64,000 bases of DNA from Deltaproteobacteria bacterium (lineage in GTDB: Bacteria > Desulfobacterota > Desulfarculia > Adiutricales > JAFDHD01). Of the stretch, positions 52,034-60,274 are shown one piece after another (within the stretch, counting starts at the first letter, position 1; every line of letters begins with the position of its first letter). The notes beneath the pieces are model-generated. The model had not been told where the DNA came from. It did not search any database and saw only the letters and a list, made by a program, of their open reading frames with translations. A program made the translations under genes and the position numbers. Location: positions 64,241 through 128,240 of the forward strand of contig JAFDHD010000001.1 of NCBI GenBank assembly GCA_019308995.1, written 5' to 3'.

Positions 52034-53335
52034 ATGGCAGAACCCATTGTTTTATCTGAACAGAAAGGGGAGTTTAAGCAGAGAATCCAGCCTCTTCTGC
52101 CAGAGGGAGGGAACCTGGACCTCTGTTTTACATGCGGCACGTGCGCCAGCGGCTGCCCGGCTTCGGGTCTGGCCGACATGGATCCCAGAAAATTCTTGAG
52201 AATGGTCCTGCTGGGCATGGACGAGGAGGTTCTCACCACCCCCTGGGTCTGGATGTGCACCGGGTGTCAGAGATGTATTGCGGCCTGCCCCATGAAGATA
52301 GACATTCCCCAGCTAGTTTATCAAGCGCGAGCGAGCTGGCCGCGCGATAAGCGCCCCACAGGCATTCTCAAGTCATGCGATCTATCCGCTACCAGAGATA
52401 CTTGCAGTGCTATGGGGGCGTCCGAAGAAGACTGGAGATTTGTGGTCGAGGACGTGGCGGAAGAGGTGAGAGAAGAACAACCAGGATTCGAGCATCTTCA
52501 GGCGCCTATGGATAAGAAAGGGGCCTACTTCTTCCTTAACCAGAATTCCCGCGAACCGGTGACCGAGCCGGACGAGATGGTCCCGCTCTGGAAAATAATG
52601 GATGCTGTTGGGGCAGATTGGACTTATGGTTCGAAAGGCTGGGCCGCGGAAAATTACTGTATGTTTCTCGCGGACGACGAGGCCTGGGAACACATTTTAC
52701 GGGTCAAAGTCAAAGCGATGGAGGATTTGGGCTGTAAGGTCTGGCTCAACACTGAGTGAGGCCACGAATTCTTCGCAGTCCGGTCCGGACTGAAAAAATT
52801 CAACATCCCTTACAATTTCGAAATCAGAAGCATCATCGAATTTTACGCGCAATGGATCAGGGAGGGTAAGCTCAAGGTCAACTCCGACTGGAACAAGGAC
52901 CTGAAGATCAAGTTTACGGTTCAAGACCCCTGCCAGCTCGTCAGGAAGTCGCTGGGCGATCCGGTGGCTGATGACCTGCGGTTTGTAATTAAGACAGTGG
53001 TTGGTGAAGAGAACTTCATTGATATGACCCCGAATAAATCGAACAACTACTGCTGCGGCGGCGGCGGCGGCACGCTGCAAAGTATTTATCCTGAGGAGCG
53101 TCGGGCCTATGGCAGGGTAAAGCTGGATCAAATTTTAGCTACGGGCGCAGATTACTGCATTGCCCCTTGCCATAACTGCCATTCTCAAATCCACGATCTG
53201 CAAGAATACTATGAAGACGCTAAACACCATACGGTTCATTTGTGGACAATCATCTGCCTGGCCATGGGCATACTTGGTGAAAACGAACGAACATACCTTG
53301 CTCCCGATCTGGCAGAGTTTGGATTAGAGTCATGA
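52034..53335 (+). CDS. HdrD/GlpC/DsrK-like Fe-S oxidoreductase with a predicted selenocysteine (UGA at 52757-52759)
   Basis: One frame is open across 434 codons except for a single TGA. It contains two ferredoxin motifs (CFTCGTCASGCP and CTGCQRCIAACP) and a CCG-type cysteine-rich domain (DPC-X39-CCGGGGG...CIAPCHNC). A strong RBS, AAGGAGGG, lies upstream. Confidence 0.75.
52766..52801 (+). promoter_or_regulatory. SECIS-like hairpin
   Basis: The lower stem is GAAUU/AAUUC and the upper stem is CAGUCC/GGACUG. The apical loop is GGUCC, starting 23 nt past the UGA. Confidence 0.6.
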
Positions 53336-53376
53336 GTTTGGCATTAAAAAACGCCTAGCATCAGACAATGAACTGC

Positions 53377-53413
53377 AAATGGACTCGTGGACTTCCCCGG
53401 GTCCATTTTTTTT
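53377..53413 (+). terminator. Rho-independent terminator after the selenoprotein gene
   Basis: AAATGGAC (53377-53384) pairs with GTCCATTT (53401-53408), which runs straight into a T8 tract. Confidence 0.55.
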
Positions 53414-53520
53414 GTTAACCTGACCCGATAGAGGCGGGGACCAAAGAGGCTAAAGGGCTTGCCCATACAAAATTTTAGCCAGACTGAGCCTTGCACTCCT
53501 TGCCCAAGGACTGATCCTTG

Positions 53521-55509
53521 ATGACCTTAGTCACGCTCCAGGACATTGACAAATTCTATGGCCGCCAGGATGTTCTCAAGCAGGCCGGCCTGCAAATCAG
53601 GGCGGGTGAACGTGTGGGCCTGATTGGACCCAACGGCGCGGGTAAGACGACTCTCCTCAGAATCATCCTTGGCCGCATAGCTCCGGACGGCGGTCAGGTG
53701 CATAAGGCCAAGAGACTGCGTCTGGATTACCTGCCGCAGGATGTCCTGACCTTTTCTGGCAAGACCGTGCTTCAGCTCGTGATGGACACGGCTGAGGAGG
53801 CCCGGGCCGTTGAAGCTGAACTGCAAGACCTGGCCCTGGAACTGAAGGCGCTGGCTGACAAGGATCCATCGAACAAGGAAGCCCTGGTTGAGCTGACCAA
53901 TCGGCAGAGCCGTCTTCTCGATCTCTTCGAGATTTTGGGCGGCTATCAGTTAGAGGCTCAGGCAGGCAAGATCCTCAAAGGTTTGGGGTTTGCTGAAGCT
54001 GATTTTGACCGGCCGGTCGAGGAATTCTCCGGCGGGTGGGTCATGCGAGCGGCTTTAGCCCGGCTGCTTCTGGCTGAACCCGACCTGCTTCTCCTGGACG
54101 AGCCGACCAATCACCTGGACTTGGACTCCCTCCTCTGGCTTGAAAGTTACCTCAAGGCCTGCCCTTCAGCCCTGCTCCTTATTTCTCATGACCGAACGTT
54201 CCTCAATAACCTGGTCCATCGCATCGTGGAAATTGACCGGGCCGAGGTTATCAGCTACCCAGGTAATTACGATCAATACCTTAAGGAAAAGGAAAAACGC
54301 CTGGCCGCTCAGGCCGCGGCCTATACCCATCAGCTGGAACGGATAAAACAGGTCGAACGCTTCATTGACCGAAGCCGTGTCCGAAAAAGCTCGGCCCGAC
54401 AGGTTCAGAGCCGCATCAAAGCCCTGGAAAAAATGGAGCGGATCGAGGCTCCTTCGCCAAAAAGCAGAAAGATCAATTTTTCCTTTTCCCTGGCGCCGCG
54501 TTCTCCAAAAACGCTGGTCGAGCTGGTCGGCGTGACCAAGTCATACGGACGTCAGACAGTTTATCGTGATCTGGACTTCATCGTCCAGCGCGAGGACCGG
54601 ATCGCTATTCTTGGCGCCAATGGCGCGGGCAAGACCACCTTGATGCGCCTCCTGGCCGGAGTGACGGATTGCCAGGCAGGGACCAGAAAACTAGGACCAG
54701 GCGTGGTTCCGGCTTATTTTGCTCAGCATCAGCTTGAAGAACTAGATGAGAACCTGACCGTGCTGGAAGAACTATCTGTGGCCGCTCCTGATCAAACCGT
54801 CGGAAGACTCCGGACCATGCTGGGCAGCTTCCTCTTTCGCGGAGACGACGTCCTTAAAAAGGTGGCTGTACTATCAGGCGGGGAAAAAACACGCCTCATC
54901 CTGGCCAAGATCATGCTCAGCAGCCCTAACCTCCTCCTTCTAGATGAACCATCCAATCACCTGGACATCCCAGGGCAGGTGATGCTCGAACAGGCCCTGA
55001 TGCAGTATCAAGGCAGTCTGGCCCTGATCAGCCACGACCGAAAGCTCATCAACTCCGTGGCCAATAAAACCGCTATCGTCTGCAAAGGCAGGGTCGAAGT
55101 TTATCTCGGAAACTTCGATGAGAATGAGGCCCGTCTGGACAAGACACTCACGGCCGAGGAGAAGAAAAAAGCACAACCTGTCAAGAGTGTGACCCGGGCC
55201 GAAAGGGAGGTACGTAAAAGGGCTGAGGCCGAAGCCCGGCAGCGTTTATATCGGTTAAAAACACCACTCCTTGAGGAGATGAATCAGCTCGAAAAACGTT
55301 TGGACGAGCTCGGGAATCGTCTGGATGAAATTTCCGCTCAGCTGGCCATCCCAGAAACTTACCAGGATCAAGAACGATCCAGGGTCCTTCTTCAGGAGTA
55401 CACCCGCCTGAAAACTGAAAGCGAGGGTCTCATGAAAAACTGGGAAGCTGTTGCCTTGAAGCTGGAGGAGCTAGAAGAGCGCCTGGACGAGACTGATGAG
55501 TTGAGATAA
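53521..55509 (+). CDS. ABC-F family ATPase (two ABC domains, no TM; translation/antibiotic-resistance-type factor)
   Basis: Walker A motifs GPNGAGKTT and GANGAGKTT, signatures FSGGWVMR and LSGGEKTR, and a charged coiled-coil C-terminal tail. Confidence 0.9.
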   Translation: MTLVTLQDIDKFYGRQDVLKQAGLQIRAGERVGLIGPNGAGKTTLLRIILGRIAPDGGQVHKAKRLRLDYLPQDVLTFSGKTVLQLVMDTAEEARAVEAELQDLALELKALADKDPSNKEALVELTNRQSRLLDLFEILGGYQLEAQAGKILKGLGFAEADFDRPVEEFSGGWVMRAALARLLLAEPDLLLLDEPTNHLDLDSLLWLESYLKACPSALLLISHDRTFLNNLVHRIVEIDRAEVISYPGNYDQYLKEKEKRLAAQAAAYTHQLERIKQVERFIDRSRVRKSSARQVQSRIKALEKMERIEAPSPKSRKINFSFSLAPRSPKTLVELVGVTKSYGRQTVYRDLDFIVQREDRIAILGANGAGKTTLMRLLAGVTDCQAGTRKLGPGVVPAYFAQHQLEELDENLTVLEELSVAAPDQTVGRLRTMLGSFLFRGDDVLKKVAVLSGGEKTRLILAKIMLSSPNLLLLDEPSNHLDIPGQVMLEQALMQYQGSLALISHDRKLINSVANKTAIVCKGRVEVYLGNFDENEARLDKTLTAEEKKKAQPVKSVTRAEREVRKRAEAEARQRLYRLKTPLLEEMNQLEKRLDELGNRLDEISAQLAIPETYQDQERSRVLLQEYTRLKTESEGLMKNWEAVALKLEELEERLDETDELR

Positions 55510-55538
55510 ACGGCCCGGCCTAGGAAGAATGGCACAGG

Positions 55539-55578
55539 TACGTTCCGATAAAGCCTTTTTGAATAGGAACGTATTTTT
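55539..55578 (+). terminator. Rho-independent terminator after the ABC-F gene
   Basis: TACGTTCC (55539-55546) pairs with GGAACGTA (55566-55573), followed by TTTTT. Confidence 0.5.
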
Positions 55579-55735
55579 GTCATTCACTAAAGGCGGTGAA
55601 ATAGATTTAATCAGACCCTTTGAACGCACCTGGGCATTCTTTTGCGTTCATTTTCCAACAATTGGCTTGATAAAATAAAATGAAGAATAGTGATTCGTTG
55701 CTCTAAATGGCAAACCGAACCAGCGTGGCGAGAAT

Positions 55736-57427
55736 TTACATTTGCTCTGTCTTTAAAGTCAGCACATCGCCGGGTCGAATGAGGTTGGTCTTGATATTGT
55801 TCCAGGCCCTGATCTGTTTCGGTGCAATATTAAAACGCCGAGCAATGGCCCATAGTGTGTCGCCAGAACGAACCGTATAAGAAATAGCCTTCTCCTCACC
55901 AGCCTGGAAAGGTGTGGATGTTTTATCAGGTATCCTAAGGGTTGCTGAGGCTGCTGCAGGTTGAGGTTTCTTTTGGATTTTAGCTGCCGAGGCCAACCTG
56001 ACTCCCGGTTCGGCCAGATACAGCACCAGCTCCTGTCCTGGCATCAGCCGCCTCACGTTTTTGATGTCGTTCCAAGCGGCAATGTCTCTCCAGTCAAGAT
56101 TAAAGCGCCGGGCAATCTGCCAGGGGTTATCGCCGGGTTTCACCTGATAGATGATATGCGGGCCTTTGGCCGACCGATGTTTTGTTTGACTTGCCGGTCT
56201 TTTCTGACGTTTTTTAAGGCCAGCCCGGTAAGCGGCCGCCTTGGCCGGGATCCTGAGCATCGAGCCAGCATAGATCCGATCGGAACGCAGCTTATTAAAA
56301 TTCCTGAGATTCTTAATCGAAAGACCATAGAGACGGGCGATGGATCCAAGGGTCTCACCCCTAACCACCTTGTGTTTGGTACTCACCAGCCGTTGATTCG
56401 GGTTGAGCCTGGCATAGGCAGTTCGAAATCGGTCCCCAGTTCCCTTCGGCACCCAGAGCTTGTAATTTTTTTCGTTTAAAGGTGTATACCATGCCCTGAT
56501 CTCAGGGTTGAGGCTGCGGATGGTTTTCAGAGAACAACCACAAAGGCGGGCAATCACCCCCAGGTCAACCGGGTGTGAGACCTGGACCTCATCAAATTCA
56601 AGAGGCGGCTCATATTCCACCTCGGTCAAGCCATAACGCTCCGGGTCCTTAGCCAGCAAAACGGCTGCCAAGAACTTGGGAACATAATTTCTGGTTTCGC
56701 GGCGCAGGTGGCCTTTTTTCGCAATCTCCCAGAATGTTTCAGCCTTATATCTCTTAAGGCTTTTCTTAATCTTGTTCTCACCTGCATTGTAGGCGGCCGC
56801 GGCAAGATACCATGATCCGAACATCTCATGCAGATCGGAAAGATAGGCCGTGGCGGCTCGGGTTGATTTTTCAGGATGACGCCTTTCGTCAACCCAGCCG
56901 TTTATCTTGAGGCCATAGCGCCTGGCCGTAGGCGAGATGAACTGCCAAAGACCTGCCGCGTGGGCCCTGGAATAGGCGCTGACCATAAAGTGACTTTCTA
57001 TCAAAGATAGATAGACCAGATCCTCAGGCAGGCCTTCCTCTCGAAAAATCCGCTTCATCAGTGGAAGATAGCGAGTCGAACGACCCAGAGCCCGAACAAA
57101 ATGCTTTTGTCCTCGACCTAGAAAATAGGTGATCCAGGTCTGAACATCCTTATTTATGGTCACCGGAACATCGAACGTGACCGGTTCTTTTCCGCCCTCT
57201 AAAGCGCGAAGCTCGGCGGAAACCATATCCTCAAGTTTTTCTTCGACCTCAAGGGTTAATTCAGGCAGGGCCTGGATTTCGGGTTCTTTGGCAGGTTCCT
57301 CGATGACAACGACAGCTTGTTCTTCTTCAGGAAGGGTTTTATGAATGATCGGTTCGGAGGTCCTATCCAGCGTGGCGCAGGAACTCAGAAAGATGAGAAC
57401 AAGCACAGATACCAACAAATAGCGCAT
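55736..57427 (-). CDS. mltD: Membrane-bound lytic murein transglycosylase D-like lipoprotein with 3 LysM domains
   Basis: Lipobox LSSC after MRYLLVSVLVLIF, an SLT catalytic region (LSLIESHF...AAGLWQF) and three LysM repeats. I prefer the ATG at 57427. Confidence 0.8.
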   Translation of the reverse strand: MRYLLVSVLVLIFLSSCATLDRTSEPIIHKTLPEEEQAVVVIEEPAKEPEIQALPELTLEVEEKLEDMVSAELRALEGGKEPVTFDVPVTINKDVQTWITYFLGRGQKHFVRALGRSTRYLPLMKRIFREEGLPEDLVYLSLIESHFMVSAYSRAHAAGLWQFISPTARRYGLKINGWVDERRHPEKSTRAATAYLSDLHEMFGSWYLAAAAYNAGENKIKKSLKRYKAETFWEIAKKGHLRRETRNYVPKFLAAVLLAKDPERYGLTEVEYEPPLEFDEVQVSHPVDLGVIARLCGCSLKTIRSLNPEIRAWYTPLNEKNYKLWVPKGTGDRFRTAYARLNPNQRLVSTKHKVVRGETLGSIARLYGLSIKNLRNFNKLRSDRIYAGSMLRIPAKAAAYRAGLKKRQKRPASQTKHRSAKGPHIIYQVKPGDNPWQIARRFNLDWRDIAAWNDIKNVRRLMPGQELVLYLAEPGVRLASAAKIQKKPQPAAASATLRIPDKTSTPFQAGEEKAISYTVRSGDTLWAIARRFNIAPKQIRAWNNIKTNLIRPGDVLTLKTEQM

Positions 57428-57519
57428 ACAGAGAACTTTCTTCCACTTGAAATGTTCGCTTGAATAATTTGCGCTAAAAGTATCATAAGCTACCGTAAAT
57501 AGCAAGACGAATTGAAAAT

Positions 57520-57566
57520 ACCCAAAGGATATGAATCCATCTCTCCTTTGGGTTTAAGATTTTTTT
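57520..57566 (+). other. Orphan 10-bp perfect hairpin followed by a T-rich tract
   Basis: acccaaagga (57520-57529) pairs with tcctttgggt (57544-57553), followed by ttaagattttttt. It lies between the divergent mltD and gntR-like genes. Confidence 0.45.
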
Positions 57567-57660
57567 CAAACAAGGTCATGAAAAAAAGCAAAGAATGCCA
57601 TGTCTCAGGATACTGTCACGAAATGAGGTTTGGCTTCCTCTTTCTACTTTAAAAAAAAGC

Positions 57661-57718
57661 TTGACAGGGTGGATAAAGGTGTTAAGATTGTATTAGTTAA
57701 CTATTGTTCTATAACAAT
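57661..57718 (+). promoter_or_regulatory. Promoter plus palindromic operator candidates for the GntR-led cluster
   Basis: TTGACA-N16-TAAGAT is followed immediately by the palindromes tagttaacta (57694-57703) and attgtt-ctat-aacaat (57703-57718). The second has the GT...AC core typical of GntR operators. Confidence 0.4.
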
Positions 57719-57814
57719 TTTATAGATTAATTAAAAAAATCAGCTTCAAAATTTGTATCAGAAAATGTGCAATCCGTCAGAAGTCCATCTACCTGAGGAT
57801 CAGAGGTCGGGTAT

Positions 57815-58570
57815 ATGAATAAAATGCTGGGAGCCGTGAGAAATAAAACTTCCGATCCAACTCCAATATACTACAAGCTTCAACAGGAGCTTAAACAGCT
57901 CATTGAAAGCGGCCAGTGGGCGCCGGGAGACCACATTCCCCCTTCCCGGAAGATTGCCGAAACCTACGGCGTGAGCATGGGCACGGTCCTAAAGGCGATA
58001 TCAAACCTGGTCAACGAGAAATATCTTTACTCTATTCAAGGTAAAGGAACTTTTGTAGCCACCACTAACATCAAGCAGGAAAGCCTGCGTTATATACGAT
58101 TGCGCAGAGATTTTCGCGGCGATGACCTTGGTTTCAAGATTAAACTGATCAATTTTAAAGTCATGAGTGGATTTCAACCGGTCAGCCGTTTCCTTAAAAG
58201 CAGGGTCACTGAAAATCTTTATACGCTCAAACGAGTTTTCATCACTTCCATTGGCCCGATCGTCTACAACACTTCTTACCTACCCTGTAAAATGTTTAAG
58301 GATTTTGAAGATCTGGCGAGAAGCCGGTTTGAAAGGGAAACACTGTATCAGTCCATTGAACAGGCTTATGGCCTGCCCACACTCTATAACCATGAATTGA
58401 TCGGAGTAACTTTAGCGGATAAGGAAATTGCTGAAGTGTTAGGCCTTGAACTAGGACAACCTGTTCTAACGATTGAAATGCTTTCCTTCACTTATAAAGA
58501 TCAGCCTTACGAATACAGGATCAGCTATTGTCTGACCGATAACCGAAAGCTTTACAGGGAAATAACATAG
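57815..58570 (+). CDS. GntR/HutC-family transcriptional regulator (wHTH + UTRA-like effector domain)
   Basis: The N-terminal region LPPSRKIAETYGVSMGTVLKAISNLVNEKYLYSIQGKGTFV is a typical GntR wHTH. The size (251 aa) and C-terminal half fit the HutC subfamily. Confidence 0.8.
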   Translation: MNKMLGAVRNKTSDPTPIYYKLQQELKQLIESGQWAPGDHIPPSRKIAETYGVSMGTVLKAISNLVNEKYLYSIQGKGTFVATTNIKQESLRYIRLRRDFRGDDLGFKIKLINFKVMSGFQPVSRFLKSRVTENLYTLKRVFITSIGPIVYNTSYLPCKMFKDFEDLARSRFERETLYQSIEQAYGLPTLYNHELIGVTLADKEIAEVLGLELGQPVLTIEMLSFTYKDQPYEYRISYCLTDNRKLYREIT

Positions 58571-58603
58571 TTACAGAAAGAATAAGAATACTAAGACGAA
58601 CAT

Positions 58604-60274
58604 ATGAAATCTGATTGTCCTGTTATAAAAGCGGAGGTATTAATCATTGGCGGCGGTAGTGCTGGGGCCATGGCGGCTATCCGGGCTAAGGAGGTTAAAC
58701 CGGCGCAAAAAGTGGTCGTATTCGAAAAAGGGGACATTAAGTATTCAGGCTGTATTGCCCGGGGTATGGACGCCCTCAATATAGTGGCCGTTCCAGAGAT
58801 AAGCACGCCAGAGCTATACGTTGAATCCAACGGCATAGCCTGCGAAGGAATCATGGACGAACCGGTAAACTATCGTATGGCCGAAAGAAGCTGGTCAATG
58901 ATGAAAAAGCTGGAATCCTGGGGCGTCTATTTTCCAAAAAACGATAATGGACAGTACGATGTCCTCCAGGTGCATCCCAAAGGGCGCTTTTGTGTGACCA
59001 TGAAAGAACCTGAATTGAAAACAATTCTAGCCAAAAAACTGATGGATCTGGGCGCTCAGGTTGTTAACCGAACCATGGCCGTGCGCTTGATTAAAGATGA
59101 AGGACGTATTGCCGGCGCGATCGGAATGAATGTTCGGACCGGGGAAGTAATCGTCTGTCTGGCCAAGACCGTCATATTGACCTCCGGTGGAACGGCGCGC
59201 TTCGGCCTGCCCGATAACGGCCATCTTTACGGGGTATATGACTTCCCTGGAAATACCGGAGACGGTTATTGCCTGGCTTATCGGGCGGGCGCTGAGTTGA
59301 GCGGTTTCGAATACACGCTGGTTTATTACATTGTAAAGGATATTAACGCGCCCCTGCTTTACATCACTCTGACGCGTGGAGCCCAACTTTTCAACGCTTT
59401 TGACGAGCGCCGCGACCAAGACCACCCTTCCATCAGATCAATGTATCAGGAGCATCTGGAGCTTAAAGGGCCGATGAGAATCAAGATGAATCATCTGCCA
59501 GAAGAACGCATCAAAGAAATCGAGGAGCTTCTTTTTACTACTGAACGGCCAGCTTGTGAGAGATTTTACAAAGGGCGCGACATAGATTTCCGAGACGATG
59601 AAATTGAACTCTGGCCCACAGAATGCTTTTTATGCGGCGGTCACGGTTTGACCGGGGTCAGGGTCAACGAAAACGCTGAAACTTCGGTTCCCGGTCTTTA
59701 CGCTGCTGGAGACACGTCGCTCGTAGCTCGCGGGCATCTTTCCGGTGCATTTGTATTTGGAGAGATTGCCGCTGAAAACGCGTCTGAGTACGCGGCGTCA
59801 AATGTGGACATCTCTTTGGACGATGGCCGGGTAAACGCCTTTTTGAACGAAATAGAAAATAGAATGACCCAAGACACGAATCCGGTGGCCATCGAAGAGT
59901 TCGAGTACAAGGTCAGACGGATGATAACTGATTATATTGCCCCGCCGAAAAACGAATATAAGCTTAACCGGGCATTATGGTGGATGAATCGGTTTACAGA
60001 GGAATTGACAGATATAGTTCGTATTGATGATGTTCATGACCTTTTCAAATTCTTTGAGGTGGAAAACATTATTCAATGCGCCAGACTGAGCGCAACTGCC
60101 TCCAAAGAGCGCAAAGAAAGCCGATGGATTCCCTGGCATTATCGAAGTGATTACCCTGAAAAAAATGATCAGGACTATTTGAAACACATTGTTTTAACCA
60201 TGGGAGACGAGCCCGGAGATATCAAGGTGTCGTATGCGCCTATCATTCGACTTGAAAAGGACGGCAAGCATTGA
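58604..60274 (+). CDS. FAD-dependent oxidoreductase of the fumarate reductase / APS reductase alpha (AprA)-like superfamily
   Basis: Dinucleotide fold VLIIGGGSAGAMAA, the motif GLYAAGD, and a C-terminal KESRWIPWHYRSDYPEKND motif resembling the FrdA/AprA capping region. Confidence 0.7.
   Translation: MKSDCPVIKAEVLIIGGGSAGAMAAIRAKEVKPAQKVVVFEKGDIKYSGCIARGMDALNIVAVPEISTPELYVESNGIACEGIMDEPVNYRMAERSWSMMKKLESWGVYFPKNDNGQYDVLQVHPKGRFCVTMKEPELKTILAKKLMDLGAQVVNRTMAVRLIKDEGRIAGAIGMNVRTGEVIVCLAKTVILTSGGTARFGLPDNGHLYGVYDFPGNTGDGYCLAYRAGAELSGFEYTLVYYIVKDINAPLLYITLTRGAQLFNAFDERRDQDHPSIRSMYQEHLELKGPMRIKMNHLPEERIKEIEELLFTTERPACERFYKGRDIDFRDDEIELWPTECFLCGGHGLTGVRVNENAETSVPGLYAAGDTSLVARGHLSGAFVFGEIAAENASEYAASNVDISLDDGRVNAFLNEIENRMTQDTNPVAIEEFEYKVRRMITDYIAPPKNEYKLNRALWWMNRFTEELTDIVRIDDVHDLFKFFEVENIIQCARLSATASKERKESRWIPWHYRSDYPEKNDQDYLKHIVLTMGDEPGDIKVSYAPIIRLEKDGKH

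Noticed and set aside
53051-53071. (GGC)n run, tgctgcggcggcggcggcggc, considered as a slippage or phase-variation tract
   Set aside because: It encodes the conserved CCGGGGG of the CCG domain, is in frame, and is short. Protein constraint explains it.
52964-53335. Separate 123-aa ORF downstream of the 241-aa Fe-S ORF
   Set aside because: It is in frame with the upstream ORF, with an open frame between them and a GTG pseudo-start in the middle of a CCG domain. I merged it into the single selenoprotein CDS.
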